A stretch of DNA of 64,000 bases from a virus (taxonomy: Duplodnaviria > Heunggongvirae > Uroviricota > Caudoviricetes), in IMG/VR virus record IMGVR_UViG_2724679236_000008; one strand, written 5' to 3'. The position numbers were made by a program, and so were the translations under genes. Numbering within the stretch: position 1 is the first letter of the stretch; each line of letters begins with the position of its first letter. Below are positions 33,099-43,353 of the stretch, piece after piece. Under the pieces are notes generated by a model. That model was not told the DNA's origin and ran no database searches. It worked only from the letters and a program-made list of their open reading frames with translations.

Positions 33099-34060
33099 AA
33101 AAAATAGTTTCCCGTGGACGAGTGCTGGGCAAGAATAGCTCCGAGTTTGCTCGCATGCTTGAAGGCAGTGAAGGCACCAAAACCTTTACCCTAAAATCTG
33201 GCCGCCAGGCTAAATTTTTGCTTACCGTTGTGCTGAGTGGTGAGATTGAGTCGCGCACGTTCGTTGACCCGGCAGTTAACGGCCGCGATCAGTCTCTGCT
33301 CACCCCTGAGTCGGTAAGCGATATTTCCCGCACCATTAAATTGCAACAGTTCTTCCCGGCTATCGGTCGTATGGTTGGGGGGCGCATAGAGGTATTGGAC
33401 GGATCACGTCGCCGCGCTGCGTGTATCTTCAATGAAACGAAGTTTGAGATTCTGGTGACGAAAGATGAGATCAGCCTGGCGGATGCACGCCAGCTGGCCA
33501 TTGATATCCAGACAGCCCGCGAACACACCCTGCGCGAACTGGGTAAACGCTTCGAGGTTATGTATGGTAAGAGCATGACCAAAGAAGAGATCGCCCGCGC
33601 TGAGAACATTTCAAAGGCTAAAGTTACGCGCGCGTTCCAGGCGGCAGCGGTGCCGGATGAGATGATTGCTGTCTTCCCTGTTGCCAGCGATCTCGCCCTG
33701 CCAGATTACCAGTTACTGCTCCAGATCTCCGAGGATGCCAACGCTAAAAGCGTGCCGATTGAAGAGCTGGTTGATACGGTGCGCGAACGAATTGCAGAGA
33801 CTGAGGGCGCGAAAGAGGATAAAGCGAAGATACTGGCTATCTTCAAAGCGGAAAGCAAAAGCCTGAAGCCCGCGCCGGTTAAATCTGTGGTGGTTGAGAA
33901 GCTGCGAGACTTCTCTGACCGTCGCCAATATGCCCGAAAGAAGTCCGATCCGAAAAAACGGGTTGTCGCCTACGAGTTCTCCAGACTCCCGTCTGAAGTG
34001 CAAACTGAAATTGACGAAGCAATAAAAAAAATCATTGGGAAAATGTCTGCTGGGGAATAA
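33095..34060 (+). CDS. parB: partition protein ParB (centromere-binding), 321 aa
   Basis: Overlaps parA stop; ParB/SopB-like. Confidence 0.85.
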   Translation: MKKIVSRGRVLGKNSSEFARMLEGSEGTKTFTLKSGRQAKFLLTVVLSGEIESRTFVDPAVNGRDQSLLTPESVSDISRTIKLQQFFPAIGRMVGGRIEVLDGSRRRAACIFNETKFEILVTKDEISLADARQLAIDIQTAREHTLRELGKRFEVMYGKSMTKEEIARAENISKAKVTRAFQAAAVPDEMIAVFPVASDLALPDYQLLLQISEDANAKSVPIEELVDTVRERIAETEGAKEDKAKILAIFKAESKSLKPAPVKSVVVEKLRDFSDRRQYARKKSDPKKRVVAYEFSRLPSEVQTEIDEAIKKIIGKMSAGE

Positions 34061-34094
34061 TCCCGCTGGTGGGAGGCGGCTTTAGCCCCCTCCC

Positions 34095-34260
34095 CTGCCT
34101 AAAATGTCCCGCATCAATTTCATGTATAACTATATGATATATATAGATATTCATGAAAAGTTTCAGACTGAAATTCCCACGGTTTCACGCCTGTTTTACT
34201 TGCCCCCTCCCCCGCACAAAAAATTTAAAAAATTACTTTTAGCGAGAAAGTCAACAAGTG
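34095..34260. other. candidate parS centromere region
   Basis: AT-rich stretch with repeated TTTCA(C/G/T)-type heptamers (atttcat, gtttcag, gaaattc, gtttcac) downstream of parB. Confidence 0.45.
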
Positions 34261-34274
34261 ACTTTCAATAAAAT
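34259..34274 (+). promoter_or_regulatory. candidate late promoter element TGACTT-N4-TAAAAT
   Basis: tgactttcaataaaat 30-50 nt upstream of the capsid-like gene. Confidence 0.35.
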
Positions 34275-34304
34275 CTCTTCCGAAAAGGGATTCACACAAG
34301 TGCC

Positions 34305-36032
34305 TTGTGTTTAAGGAAGAGTAACTTGAGTAACTTACGCGAATACCAGAATCGTATTGCAGATATCGCAAAACGCTCTAAAGCCGTTCTTGGCTGGGCA
34401 AGTACAGCACAGTTCGGTACTGATAACCAATTCATCAAAGATGATGCCGCGCGTGCCGCATCTATCCTTGAAGCTGCACGCAAAGACCCAATTTTTGCAG
34501 GTATCTCTGATAATGCCACTGCTCAAATCGCTACAGCGTGGGCAAGTGCACTGGCTGACTACGCCGCAGCACATAAATCTATGCCGCGTCCGGAAATTCT
34601 GGCCTCTTGCCACCAGACTCTGGAAAACTGCCTGATTGAGTCCACCCGCAATCGCATGGATGCCACCAATAAAGCGATGCTGGAATCCGTCGCAGCAGAG
34701 ATGATGAGCGTTTCTGACGGTGTTATGCGTCTGCCTTTATTCCTCGCGATGATCCTGCCTGTTCAGTTGGGGGCAGCTACCGCTGATGCGTGTACCTTCA
34801 TTCCGGTTACGCGTGACAAGTCCGAAATCTATGAAATCTTTAACGTAGCGGGTTCCTCTTTTGGTTCTTATGCTTCGGGTGATGTTCTGGATATGCAATC
34901 TGTTGGTGTGTACAGCCAACTGCGCCGCCGCTATGTGCTGGTGGCAAGTTCCGATGGCACCAGCAAAACCGCAACCTTCAAGATGGAAGACTTTGAAGGC
35001 CAGAATGTCCCGATCCGCAAAGGCCGTACAAATATCTACGTTAACCGTATTAAGTCTGTTGTTGATAACGGCTCCGGTACTCTGCTTCACACATTCAATA
35101 ACAAAGCTGGCGAACAAATTACAGTTACCTGCTCTCTGAACTACAACATTGGTCAGATTGCCCTGTCGTTCTCCAAAGCGCCGGATAAAGGTACAGAGAT
35201 CGCCATTGAGGCGGAGATCAATATTGAAGCAGCTCCTGAGCTGATCCCACTTATCAACCACGAAATGAAGAGTTACACCCTGTTCCCAAGCCAGTTCGTC
35301 ATCGCGGCTGAGCACACGGTACAGGCGGCGTATGAAGCACAGCGTGAATTTGGTCTGGACCTCGGTTCCCTACAGTTCCGCACCCTGAAGGAATACCTAT
35401 CCCATGAACAGGATATGCTTCGTCTTCGTATCATGATCTGGCGAACTCTGGCTACCGACTCCTTTGACATTGCGCTGCCGGTTAACCAGTCCTTTGATGT
35501 GTGGGCAACCATCATTCGCGGCAAATTCCAGACGGTATATCGCGGCATTATTGAGCGCGTTCGATCTTCTGGTGCGATGGGTATGTATGCCGGTGCTGAT
35601 GCGGCATCTTTCTTCAAACAGTTGCCGAAGGATTTCTTCCAGCCAGCAGAAGATTACATCCAGACACCATACGTTCACTACATTGGCACTCTGTTCGGTA
35701 ACGTCAAAGTGTTCGAAGTACCAGAAGGTATTTGCACGAATCTGACTGCCGAAGGTATTCAGTTCAGCCCGATGGATGTGCTGTGCTACGTCCGTGATGA
35801 AAACCCGGGCAAAGCAGGCTTCGTGACTGGTGATGCCGTCCCGGCTATCCCGTTCCAGCATCCGACCACTCCGGCGCTGGTCAACCGTACCACGCTGTGG
35901 GGTTCGGCTATCAACGATATGCACCCACGCAACGGCGCTGATTACTTCACTCGTGTAACGCTGACAATGGCCAAAAATGGCGGAATTAACTTCCTGACGG
36001 GTAACACGATTGATGCCGGTGACTCTGAGTAA
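34305..36032 (+). CDS. putative major head protein (P1 gp23 position), up to 575 aa
   Basis: Large ORF directly downstream of parS as in P1; alternative TTG start at 34325 after AGGAAG; function by position and size. Confidence 0.5.
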   Translation: MCLRKSNLSNLREYQNRIADIAKRSKAVLGWASTAQFGTDNQFIKDDAARAASILEAARKDPIFAGISDNATAQIATAWASALADYAAAHKSMPRPEILASCHQTLENCLIESTRNRMDATNKAMLESVAAEMMSVSDGVMRLPLFLAMILPVQLGAATADACTFIPVTRDKSEIYEIFNVAGSSFGSYASGDVLDMQSVGVYSQLRRRYVLVASSDGTSKTATFKMEDFEGQNVPIRKGRTNIYVNRIKSVVDNGSGTLLHTFNNKAGEQITVTCSLNYNIGQIALSFSKAPDKGTEIAIEAEINIEAAPELIPLINHEMKSYTLFPSQFVIAAEHTVQAAYEAQREFGLDLGSLQFRTLKEYLSHEQDMLRLRIMIWRTLATDSFDIALPVNQSFDVWATIIRGKFQTVYRGIIERVRSSGAMGMYAGADAASFFKQLPKDFFQPAEDYIQTPYVHYIGTLFGNVKVFEVPEGICTNLTAEGIQFSPMDVLCYVRDENPGKAGFVTGDAVPAIPFQHPTTPALVNRTTLWGSAINDMHPRNGADYFTRVTLTMAKNGGINFLTGNTIDAGDSE

Positions 36033-36092
36033 TCAGGGGAAGTTCTCCGTTTAACATAGCGCCCCCGTGCGGGGCGCATAACAGGGAAAGTT

Positions 36093-37682
36093 ATGTCTCA
36101 ATATTCAATTCAACAGTCATTAGGTAATGCATCCGGCGTCGCGGTTAGCCCGATCAATGCCGATGCGACGTTATCTACCGGTGTTGCATTAAATAGCAGC
36201 TTGTGGGCTGGTATTGGTGTATTTGCGCGTGGCAAGCCGTTTACTGTTCTTCCTGTTAATGAGTCCAATTACGAGGATGTTCTCGGCGAACCGCTGAAGC
36301 CGTCTTCAGGCTCACAGTTCGAACCAATTCGTCATGTGTACGAAGCTATTCAGCAAACGTCTGGTTATGTTGTCCGTGCTGTTCCGGATGATGCAAAATT
36401 CCCGATTATTATGTTCGATGAATCAGGTGAACCGGCTAATAGCGCGTTGCCATACGGTTCTGAAATTGAACTTGATAGCGGCGAAGCCTTTGCAATCTAT
36501 GTTGATGATGGCGACCCATGCGTTTCACCTACGCGTGAGTTAACCATCGAAACGGCAACTGCGGACAGTGCAGGTAATGAACGCTTCCTTCTGAAACTGA
36601 CCCAGACGACTTCGCTTGGTGTGGTTACGACTCTGGAGACACATATTTTATCTTTGGCGGAAGAAGCGAAATATGATATGGGCCGCTTGTGTTACCTGCC
36701 TACGGCTCTGGAAGCCCGTTCTAAATATCTGCGCGCGGTTGTTAATGAAGAGCTGATTTCGACAGCGAAAGTAGCCAATAAAAAATCGCTAGCATTCACT
36801 GGCGGCACCAACGGCGATCAGTCGAAAATCTCAACTGCTGCTTACCTGCGCGCGGTTAAAGTGCTGAACAATGCGCCGTACATGTACACCGCTGTTCTCG
36901 GCCTGGGTTGCTATGACAATGCGGCGATCACCGCGTTAGGTAATATCTGCTCTGATCGCCTGATTGATGGCTTCTTTGATGTTAAACCGACATTGACGTA
37001 TACGGAAGCGCTGTCTGCTGTTGAAGATACCGGTTTACTTGGTACCGATTATGTAAGCTGTTCTTTCTATCACTATCCGTTCTCCTGCAAAGACAAATGG
37101 ACCCAATCCCGTGTGGTCTTTGGTCTGTCTGGCGTGGCATATGCGGCGAAAGCTCGTGGCGTCAAGAAAAACTCTGATGTCGGCGGTTGGCATTATTCTC
37201 CTGCTGGAGAAGAACGCGCCATCATTGCTCGTGCGTCAATTCAACCGCTGTATCCGGAGGATACCCCGGACGAAGAAGCAATGGTCAAGGGCCGTCTCAA
37301 TAAAGTATCTGTGGGCACCTCTGGCCAGATGATCATCGACGATGCTTTAACTTGCTGCACGCAGGATAACTATCTGCACTTCCAGCACGTCCCATCCCTG
37401 ATGAATGCAATCAGCCGTTTCTTTGTCCAGTTAGCACGCCAGATGAAGCATAGCCCTGATGGTATTACTGCCGCTGGTCTGACTAAAGGGATGACCAAAC
37501 TTTTGGATCGCTTTGTCGCTGCCGGTGCTCTGGTGGCTCCTCGTGATCCGGATGCTGACGGTACAGAACCGTATGTGCTGAAAGTTACGCAGGCGGAATT
37601 CGATAAATGGGAAGTGGTCTGGGCCTGCTGCCCGACAGGTGTAGCCCGTCGTATCCAGGGCATACCGCTGCTTATTAAGTAA
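36093..37682 (+). CDS. putative contractile tail sheath protein, 529 aa
   Basis: Size and C-terminal region consistent with myovirus sheath proteins; adjacent to head gene. Confidence 0.45.
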   Translation: MSQYSIQQSLGNASGVAVSPINADATLSTGVALNSSLWAGIGVFARGKPFTVLPVNESNYEDVLGEPLKPSSGSQFEPIRHVYEAIQQTSGYVVRAVPDDAKFPIIMFDESGEPANSALPYGSEIELDSGEAFAIYVDDGDPCVSPTRELTIETATADSAGNERFLLKLTQTTSLGVVTTLETHILSLAEEAKYDMGRLCYLPTALEARSKYLRAVVNEELISTAKVANKKSLAFTGGTNGDQSKISTAAYLRAVKVLNNAPYMYTAVLGLGCYDNAAITALGNICSDRLIDGFFDVKPTLTYTEALSAVEDTGLLGTDYVSCSFYHYPFSCKDKWTQSRVVFGLSGVAYAAKARGVKKNSDVGGWHYSPAGEERAIIARASIQPLYPEDTPDEEAMVKGRLNKVSVGTSGQMIIDDALTCCTQDNYLHFQHVPSLMNAISRFFVQLARQMKHSPDGITAAGLTKGMTKLLDRFVAAGALVAPRDPDADGTEPYVLKVTQAEFDKWEVVWACCPTGVARRIQGIPLLIK

Positions 37683-37691
37683 GGGAATACA

Positions 37692-38507
37692 ATGAGCAAA
37701 AACTTTTTTCAATCCGGGGCATTTTTGGGGAATGGCCTGTCCCGTTTCGCTTTAAACGCTGATCCGGTACAGCTGATGGAATCTGCCCGTGCAAGTGCCC
37801 AACCGCCAGTAGAACCGGAGATTAATAATAATCCGGAACCGGCGGCACAGATTAACGAGAATGTTCAATCTGACCCGGCCCCTGATCAAATCCTGGAGGG
37901 GAAAGACGGTAAAGAATGGACTGTCGAACAGGCGCACCAGATGATTCTGGAAGCTGCAAATCGAAGTGCTATGCAGAATGCGTTGAGTAATGCGGCTGAT
38001 GCCGTTTTCGCCTGGGCTGATAGCGGTGATCTGACTTTCGACTCTCTTGATGGTTTTGTTCAGGCTATCGCTGGCATCTCTGATGATGACGACTCCGAAG
38101 TTACAGAAGAACAGGATGATGCCTATAACGAAGCATGGGCAAATGTTGCTGACTTCCTCGCAGCATGTGGTGTAGATGATGACCTGATCGAAGCACTGGC
38201 TGACGATGAAGACGACGATGCAGCTGCTGATGTCGGTTCCGCTATTGCTGGTTTGGATAGCGATGACCGCGACGAACTGGAAGCTGCGTTTGTTGTTGCT
38301 GGCACTTCTGATGAAATGCTGACGGAGGCATTTAAGAAAGTTGTTCGCAACGGTGAGATCAAACTCATCCGTAAACGCCTGCGTAAAAAACGTCTGACTG
38401 CGGCTCAAAAATCGGCGCTGAAAAAAGCGCGTCGTAAAGCCCAGACCGGTGCGGCAAAACTGGCCCGCAAAAAGTCAATGAAACTGCGCCGTAAGCGCCT
38501 CGGCTAA
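37692..38507 (+). CDS. acidic protein with strongly basic C-terminal tail, 271 aa
   Basis: D/E-rich core (DDDDSEVTEEQDD, ADDEDDDAAAD) and C-terminal RKRLRKKRL...KLRRKRLG. Confidence 0.6.
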   Translation: MSKNFFQSGAFLGNGLSRFALNADPVQLMESARASAQPPVEPEINNNPEPAAQINENVQSDPAPDQILEGKDGKEWTVEQAHQMILEAANRSAMQNALSNAADAVFAWADSGDLTFDSLDGFVQAIAGISDDDDSEVTEEQDDAYNEAWANVADFLAACGVDDDLIEALADDEDDDAAADVGSAIAGLDSDDRDELEAAFVVAGTSDEMLTEAFKKVVRNGEIKLIRKRLRKKRLTAAQKSALKKARRKAQTGAAKLARKKSMKLRRKRLG

Positions 38508-38542
38508 AGGAGGAGGCCGGAGAGCTCCGGCCTTTATCTTGA

Positions 38543-39124
38543 ATGGCACCTATACCTTTTGGAGTTCACGGCCAGGCTGATGGTGTATCACCATGCCTGA
38601 AAGTTACTCTGACTAACTCTAAGTATCAGGTTACTGGATATATCAGTCAGGGGGCGGCAATGAACATGGCCCAGAATTGGGAGGCTCCTTTTACTGGTAT
38701 GTCCATGGGTTCTGTTGCTGGTGCCTTCAGTGGTTTTGCGCAGGTTGGTACTGAAACAACGTCGGTTGCCCGTTGGAACAGCTTAATGGTTTGGGAAGGG
38801 GGAACTCCGCCGACGTTCACGCTGCCAGTAACTTTCATTGCTTTGTTTGACCCGTTTACGGAGGTTTCAGGAGCTATCGCCGCGTTGTCAGCGATGATTA
38901 GCCCGGAACTTAAAGATGCCAGTGTTGGTGGTCGAATCCCGGAGCGCGTGACGCTAAACATTGGTCGCCGGATCAACATCATTGATGTCGCTATCCAGGA
39001 CCTTAGTTTCGATCTCGATGCCCCCAGGGATAGTAATGGGCATTTCCTGAAAAACACCGTCAACCTCCAGTTGACCGGTTCTTCGATATATAACAGCTCC
39101 GATATTATTCGGGCGTTCCAGTAA
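38543..39124 (+). CDS. putative tail structural protein (tube-like), 193 aa
   Basis: Size and position in tail module. Confidence 0.35.
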   Translation: MAPIPFGVHGQADGVSPCLKVTLTNSKYQVTGYISQGAAMNMAQNWEAPFTGMSMGSVAGAFSGFAQVGTETTSVARWNSLMVWEGGTPPTFTLPVTFIALFDPFTEVSGAIAALSAMISPELKDASVGGRIPERVTLNIGRRINIIDVAIQDLSFDLDAPRDSNGHFLKNTVNLQLTGSSIYNSSDIIRAFQ

Positions 39125-39135
39125 AAGGATTTTAT

Positions 39136-39645
39136 ATGGGACACAATAACACTAAGGGAAACCGTAAATTTATTAAGGGCCGCTATACTGCCAACGCGGC
39201 CAAAGGCGAACGACTGGTATCTTCTGAATTCCAGCTCACTTTTGCAGGCCATGAAGATATCAGCGTACTGGTTCGCACGTCGCAAATCCCTGAAATGACC
39301 CGCGAGGATGTGGAGGACTATGGTCCGAATGGTGTGAAGTTCAACCAGCACGGTCCAATTCGAAACTCTGGGGAAATCCAGGTCCAGTGTGTGGAGACTA
39401 TCGAAGGCGATATTCTTCAGTTCATTAAGGATCGCATTGCGGCGAAGGACTATGTTGATATCACTATGGCTGCTACCCCTGAATCCAAATCCTCCGGGGT
39501 TAAAGCTGTGACAAAAGCTGCTACAACAATTGAAATGTTGGACTGCAAAATCTACAGTGATGCAATCGACTTTAGTACCGAAGATGTGACTGCCGCTGTG
39601 CGCCCGTCACTTCGTATCGTCTACAACTGGATTGATTGGGATTAA
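39136..39645 (+). CDS. putative tail tube protein, 169 aa
   Basis: Size and position; followed by strong terminator. Confidence 0.35.
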   Translation: MGHNNTKGNRKFIKGRYTANAAKGERLVSSEFQLTFAGHEDISVLVRTSQIPEMTREDVEDYGPNGVKFNQHGPIRNSGEIQVQCVETIEGDILQFIKDRIAAKDYVDITMAATPESKSSGVKAVTKAATTIEMLDCKIYSDAIDFSTEDVTAAVRPSLRIVYNWIDWD

Positions 39646-39664
39646 GAGTCATCCCTTGTATTTT

Positions 39665-39688
39665 AAAGCTCCTTCGGGAGCTTTTTTT
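39665..39688 (+). terminator. rho-independent terminator
   Basis: aaagctccttcgggagcttt followed by ttttt. Confidence 0.7.
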
Positions 39689-39816
39689 ATAACTATTTTA
39701 TATAAAAATGCATCGATAACATTGTCTGGAGTTTTATGTTAGATTATTAATGTTCTAATAAACTACAATTATTGAGGTAGATGTTTGTGCCTGTACTGTT
39801 AAAGGGGGACTCTAAA

Positions 39817-40413
39817 ATGGCTGTGATTCCAATGTCGTACTCCCCGGGCACTGTCGCTCGTCGATTTTCGATCCTGGACGGTGTAATCATCCAGGGTGTG
39901 CTTTACCAGATTATATGGGATTCCAAAACCCCATTTGCAGCCGTAATAGAAGCAGCGCCTTCTGTTATCGATGGTGATATGCGCCATAAGGTTGTCGCTA
40001 CTCTTGAACTTCAACGTCGCCCGCAGCTTGAAGGCGTACTGGTAAGGAAGTTCTGGGAGGATAGCGATGTTGCCCAGATTGAAGGTATCGTGGTTGATGG
40101 AACCGTCCGGGATGTCGGTTTAGCTACTTTTGTTTACGAAACCGTAGCCTCAAAAGCTGGTGTTGTTTTGCTCAGTGATAATGAGCAATACGAAGGTGGA
40201 AAAGCTCTTTGGCAACACATCGCCCGTCGCTCTTCCGAGCTAAAAGTGTTTATCCTCGACACCGATGCCGCTCAGTATTACCCGTTTGACGGCGAACGTG
40301 TTTGCTATGACGGGGTAAGTATTCCTGAATCCGAGATATGGAGTGAACACCCAGATCGAAGTAAGCATGGGGTTGTTCTGGTTGCTGAATCCATAACTGG
40401 AAAGGCGGCATAG
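39817..40413 (+). CDS. hypothetical protein, 198 aa
   Basis: ATG at 39817 after AAGGGGGA; track ORF starts 12 codons upstream. Confidence 0.5.
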   Translation: MAVIPMSYSPGTVARRFSILDGVIIQGVLYQIIWDSKTPFAAVIEAAPSVIDGDMRHKVVATLELQRRPQLEGVLVRKFWEDSDVAQIEGIVVDGTVRDVGLATFVYETVASKAGVVLLSDNEQYEGGKALWQHIARRSSELKVFILDTDAAQYYPFDGERVCYDGVSIPESEIWSEHPDRSKHGVVLVAESITGKAA

Positions 40414-40595
40414 CAGTAAAAAATTCCTTGCTCCTTGACAGAGGAGAGGATTAATCTAAGTACGCTAAGCATAGGTATGGCCCCGGTTAATGTTAAGCGT
40501 TGTGCGGGACGCATAATGTTTACTGGGGCTTTCTTCTATCTGCTTTTCGGGTAATACCTGAAGCTGATAGCCTCAAGCACACCGCAGCGGGTGTA

Positions 40596-40859
40596 TCAAT
40601 GTCTGGTTTTTTTTCTATAGAAATCACCTGGAAGGGTGAATATCCACATCAGAAGAAATGTTGCAGCAAACATGATCCCTAATGGCCAGAATATGCCAAA
40701 AAAAATCATTATCCAAAAACGATCCCACCAGGCCATTTCTGCATTAGCTCGCAAAATATATCGACTTAATGCGTATATCAGTCCACCAATTAGTATATAG
40801 ATGGGAATAGATACCAGGATAGTCATAGCGTTAGTCTCAATGAACATAACGAATATCAC
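40596..40859 (-). CDS. small integral membrane protein, 87 aa
   Basis: Three hydrophobic segments. Confidence 0.5.
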   Translation of the reverse strand: MIFVMFIETNAMTILVSIPIYILIGGLIYALSRYILRANAEMAWWDRFWIMIFFGIFWPLGIMFAATFLLMWIFTLPGDFYRKKTRH

Positions 40860-40906
40860 CAGAGCAAAGTATAAATCCCTCTGCGTAGGGCAGAGGGACT
40901 AAATAG

Positions 40907-41422
40907 TTAAAATCGGTAACCGACACCAAGCATCCAAATGCTATTGCTTAGATCACCTGGTTTAGAACGTTCATACGAGAGATCAACTGCAAACTGCGGA
41001 GCTGGGTTAAATTGAAGCCCAAGTCCATAAGCAAAATCGGTTCCAAAGCCAGCATATGACTGTCCATTCAGTTTTGCTGTTGCATCCGCATGGCTTAAAC
41101 CCACCAAGCCGTATGCACTCATTAATTCATTGAATCTGTATGACGGACCAAAAGTAAATGAGGCATACTCAACCTTGGCTTTGGCGGCATTCCATAGGTT
41201 TGTGTTTGACTTTTCGTAAGTGACCGAAGCTAATCCACCCCACGTAGAATCCATTTCGTAGCGATATTTAATATTCACGCCTTTTGGATCTTTTATATCT
41301 CCGCCTTTAACCGTTGCGCTTCCTTGGGCAAAGTCTAAGGAGAGTGTGTGCTGATATGCGGAGGCAGTCCCAGCAACCCCCAAGGCACATGCCAGAAGGG
41401 CCGTTAAAACTACTTTTTTCAT
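40907..41422 (-). CDS. Ail/Lom/OmpX-family outer-membrane beta-barrel protein, 171 aa
   Basis: Signal peptide MKKVVLTALLACALGVAGTASA; alternating beta-strand pattern; C-terminal GVGYRF. Confidence 0.8.
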   Translation of the reverse strand: MKKVVLTALLACALGVAGTASAYQHTLSLDFAQGSATVKGGDIKDPKGVNIKYRYEMDSTWGGLASVTYEKSNTNLWNAAKAKVEYASFTFGPSYRFNELMSAYGLVGLSHADATAKLNGQSYAGFGTDFAYGLGLQFNPAPQFAVDLSYERSKPGDLSNSIWMLGVGYRF

Positions 41423-41517
41423 GGAAAAAGTTACCTATAAAAACGTTAAAAATAATACTGGTGACAAAATAGTGTGTATTGAGCGTTAAATACACGTAAA
41501 GATTCTATCATTCGCGA

Positions 41518-42360
41518 TCATCCGCGAAAACCAGTTGGAATATAAAATTCCTTTTCTTTTCTTGTAGATAGGACCATATCCAGAGCTTCGTTTACCGTCA
41601 TGCAATGCGGCAGATTATCGAAGTTTGATATCCCGCCCATATCAGGAGAACGCTTGTTCTTCAGGTAAGCATATTTCCGCGCTGCCGCCTCTACTTTCTG
41701 CTTGAACTCATGTTTTTGAGAGCGTTTTTTGGATAACCGCAGATTGTCAGCCTTTGCTTTTGCCTCAGCGATCCATGAAGTCAATTTTTTGAGTCTGGTC
41801 GTTCCGGCACCGCCGGAAACTGATCTTTTTGTTTTTTTAATTTGTGACTTCTTATTCTTTATTGCCACGTCATCCTGACAGGGGGAGGGGCTATCATTTT
41901 GACATGGGGATGTGGATAAAAAATCGAATAAAGCCAATGTCTTAGCGAGAACAGCTTTAACCTTGGTTGCGGCTGAAGAGATCTTCAATTTGCTTTCAAT
42001 TAGCGCATTTTTGGCTTGTTGAGCAAAGGCTAAAAAGGATGGTGTAAACCGGTACAGGTTAGCGCGGCGTTCACGGTGATCGCCGATAACAATCTCTACC
42101 GACAGGATTCCTTTGTTTACAGCTTCACGGAATGCGCGAACGACGGTTGATTGGCTATAACCAGTTTCTGCCGCGATCATGCGGTGAGGCTTGTGAATGA
42201 AGTATTCACTGGTTGTTGCCGCGAGATTTGCACATTGCGACAGGATATGCCCGGCGCTACGGGATAGACCGGAGTGTGTTACAAAGCAGGCCAATTCATA
42301 GCCAGAAAAAGTAAAATCGCTCATCGTTATACAGCTCAGGAAAGTGACTTTAGCCAGCAT
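41518..42360 (-). CDS. repL: lytic replication protein RepL-like, up to 280 aa
   Basis: Directly downstream of kilA as in the P1 lytic replicon; probable true start at internal MSDFTF. Confidence 0.6.
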   Translation of the reverse strand: MLAKVTFLSCITMSDFTFSGYELACFVTHSGLSRSAGHILSQCANLAATTSEYFIHKPHRMIAAETGYSQSTVVRAFREAVNKGILSVEIVIGDHRERRANLYRFTPSFLAFAQQAKNALIESKLKISSAATKVKAVLAKTLALFDFLSTSPCQNDSPSPCQDDVAIKNKKSQIKKTKRSVSGGAGTTRLKKLTSWIAEAKAKADNLRLSKKRSQKHEFKQKVEAAARKYAYLKNKRSPDMGGISNFDNLPHCMTVNEALDMVLSTRKEKEFYIPTGFRG

Positions 42361-42389
42361 TACAATGCTGGTGGTTCTTACTACGTCTG

Positions 42390-43190
42390 TTAGCGCGTTG
42401 CCGCGACAGGTACCAGCACACCAGCATCAAGCAATCGCTTCATCAGCCACTGCTGACCTTTGCCGGTTATACGAGTCGTGAAAGAAATCCTGCTTCCATT
42501 GCTTGTATCGATCACGGTTTCTTTGAGGGTGAAGTACCCACGGGATATGTATTCTTGTTTGGGGACGTTCCTGCGTTCACCAGTTGCGATCAGAATTCCG
42601 TTATCACGCAACCAGGTGAAGAGATAGTTTTGGCCCAGGCCGAGAACTTTGGCATAGTTGCCGATTAGAACCCCGCTGGCGGTAGCAACGCGTTCGGCGA
42701 ATTCGACTTTAGGTGCATCCATAAGCATTTTTTGCTCCAGCCGTTGCTTTTGCTCTGCCAGGTCGGCAGCCAAACGGAGAGCTTCAGGGAGACTCTGCGG
42801 AATAGCAGGTTGTAATCTTCCGGCTCGATAGTCGATAAATGTCTGGTTTACCTTCAGCCGAAACGCGGGAGAAATCCAGCCTGCGTACTCCACAGCGAGC
42901 AATTCATGGGCAAAAGTGCCGCCGCCACGGCCCTCGAACGAAACTATGCAATTCTGCATAGTTTCTTTTTCAAGCTCTTCAATGAGCTGTTTGGCTGATT
43001 GCGTTCTTAGCCATTGAGCTGGCGCTTTATGGGCACCGAGTCCGCTCGCTCTGTGTAGAGCATTAAGGTTGTAACGGCCAGCGCGGTCGGTCGTAATTTC
43101 AACACCACAAATAACAGGTAGAGTGGTTGAAGGATCGACATTTTGATGAAGGTTTGATATATTCATATCCGCATTGAATGTTTGTTGCAT
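42390..43190 (-). CDS. kilA: KilA-N domain protein with antirepressor-type C-terminal domain, 266 aa
   Basis: C-terminal PQSLPEALRLAADLAEQKQRLEQ...GVLIGNYAKVLGL shared with the ant-like protein; C1 operator 70 bp upstream. Confidence 0.7.
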   Translation of the reverse strand: MQQTFNADMNISNLHQNVDPSTTLPVICGVEITTDRAGRYNLNALHRASGLGAHKAPAQWLRTQSAKQLIEELEKETMQNCIVSFEGRGGGTFAHELLAVEYAGWISPAFRLKVNQTFIDYRAGRLQPAIPQSLPEALRLAADLAEQKQRLEQKMLMDAPKVEFAERVATASGVLIGNYAKVLGLGQNYLFTWLRDNGILIATGERRNVPKQEYISRGYFTLKETVIDTSNGSRISFTTRITGKGQQWLMKRLLDAGVLVPVAATR

Positions 43191-43259
43191 TTTTTCTCCA
43201 AATTTGCATCAACCTTCAATCACCAGCTCGAAATGGTGATTCTTTGCACTCAGAAAACA

Positions 43260-43276
43260 AAATTTATTAGAGCAAA
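43260..43276. promoter_or_regulatory. C1-operator 17-mer (16/17) upstream of kilA-repL (Op53-like)
   Basis: aaatttattagagcaaa. Confidence 0.6.
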
Positions 43277-43353
43277 TTTTCCAGTCCGATCCAGATCGGG
43301 TTGGTCGATCTGCTCAGAAACCTGCCAGTTTGCTGGCAGGTTTTTTTCTTTTG

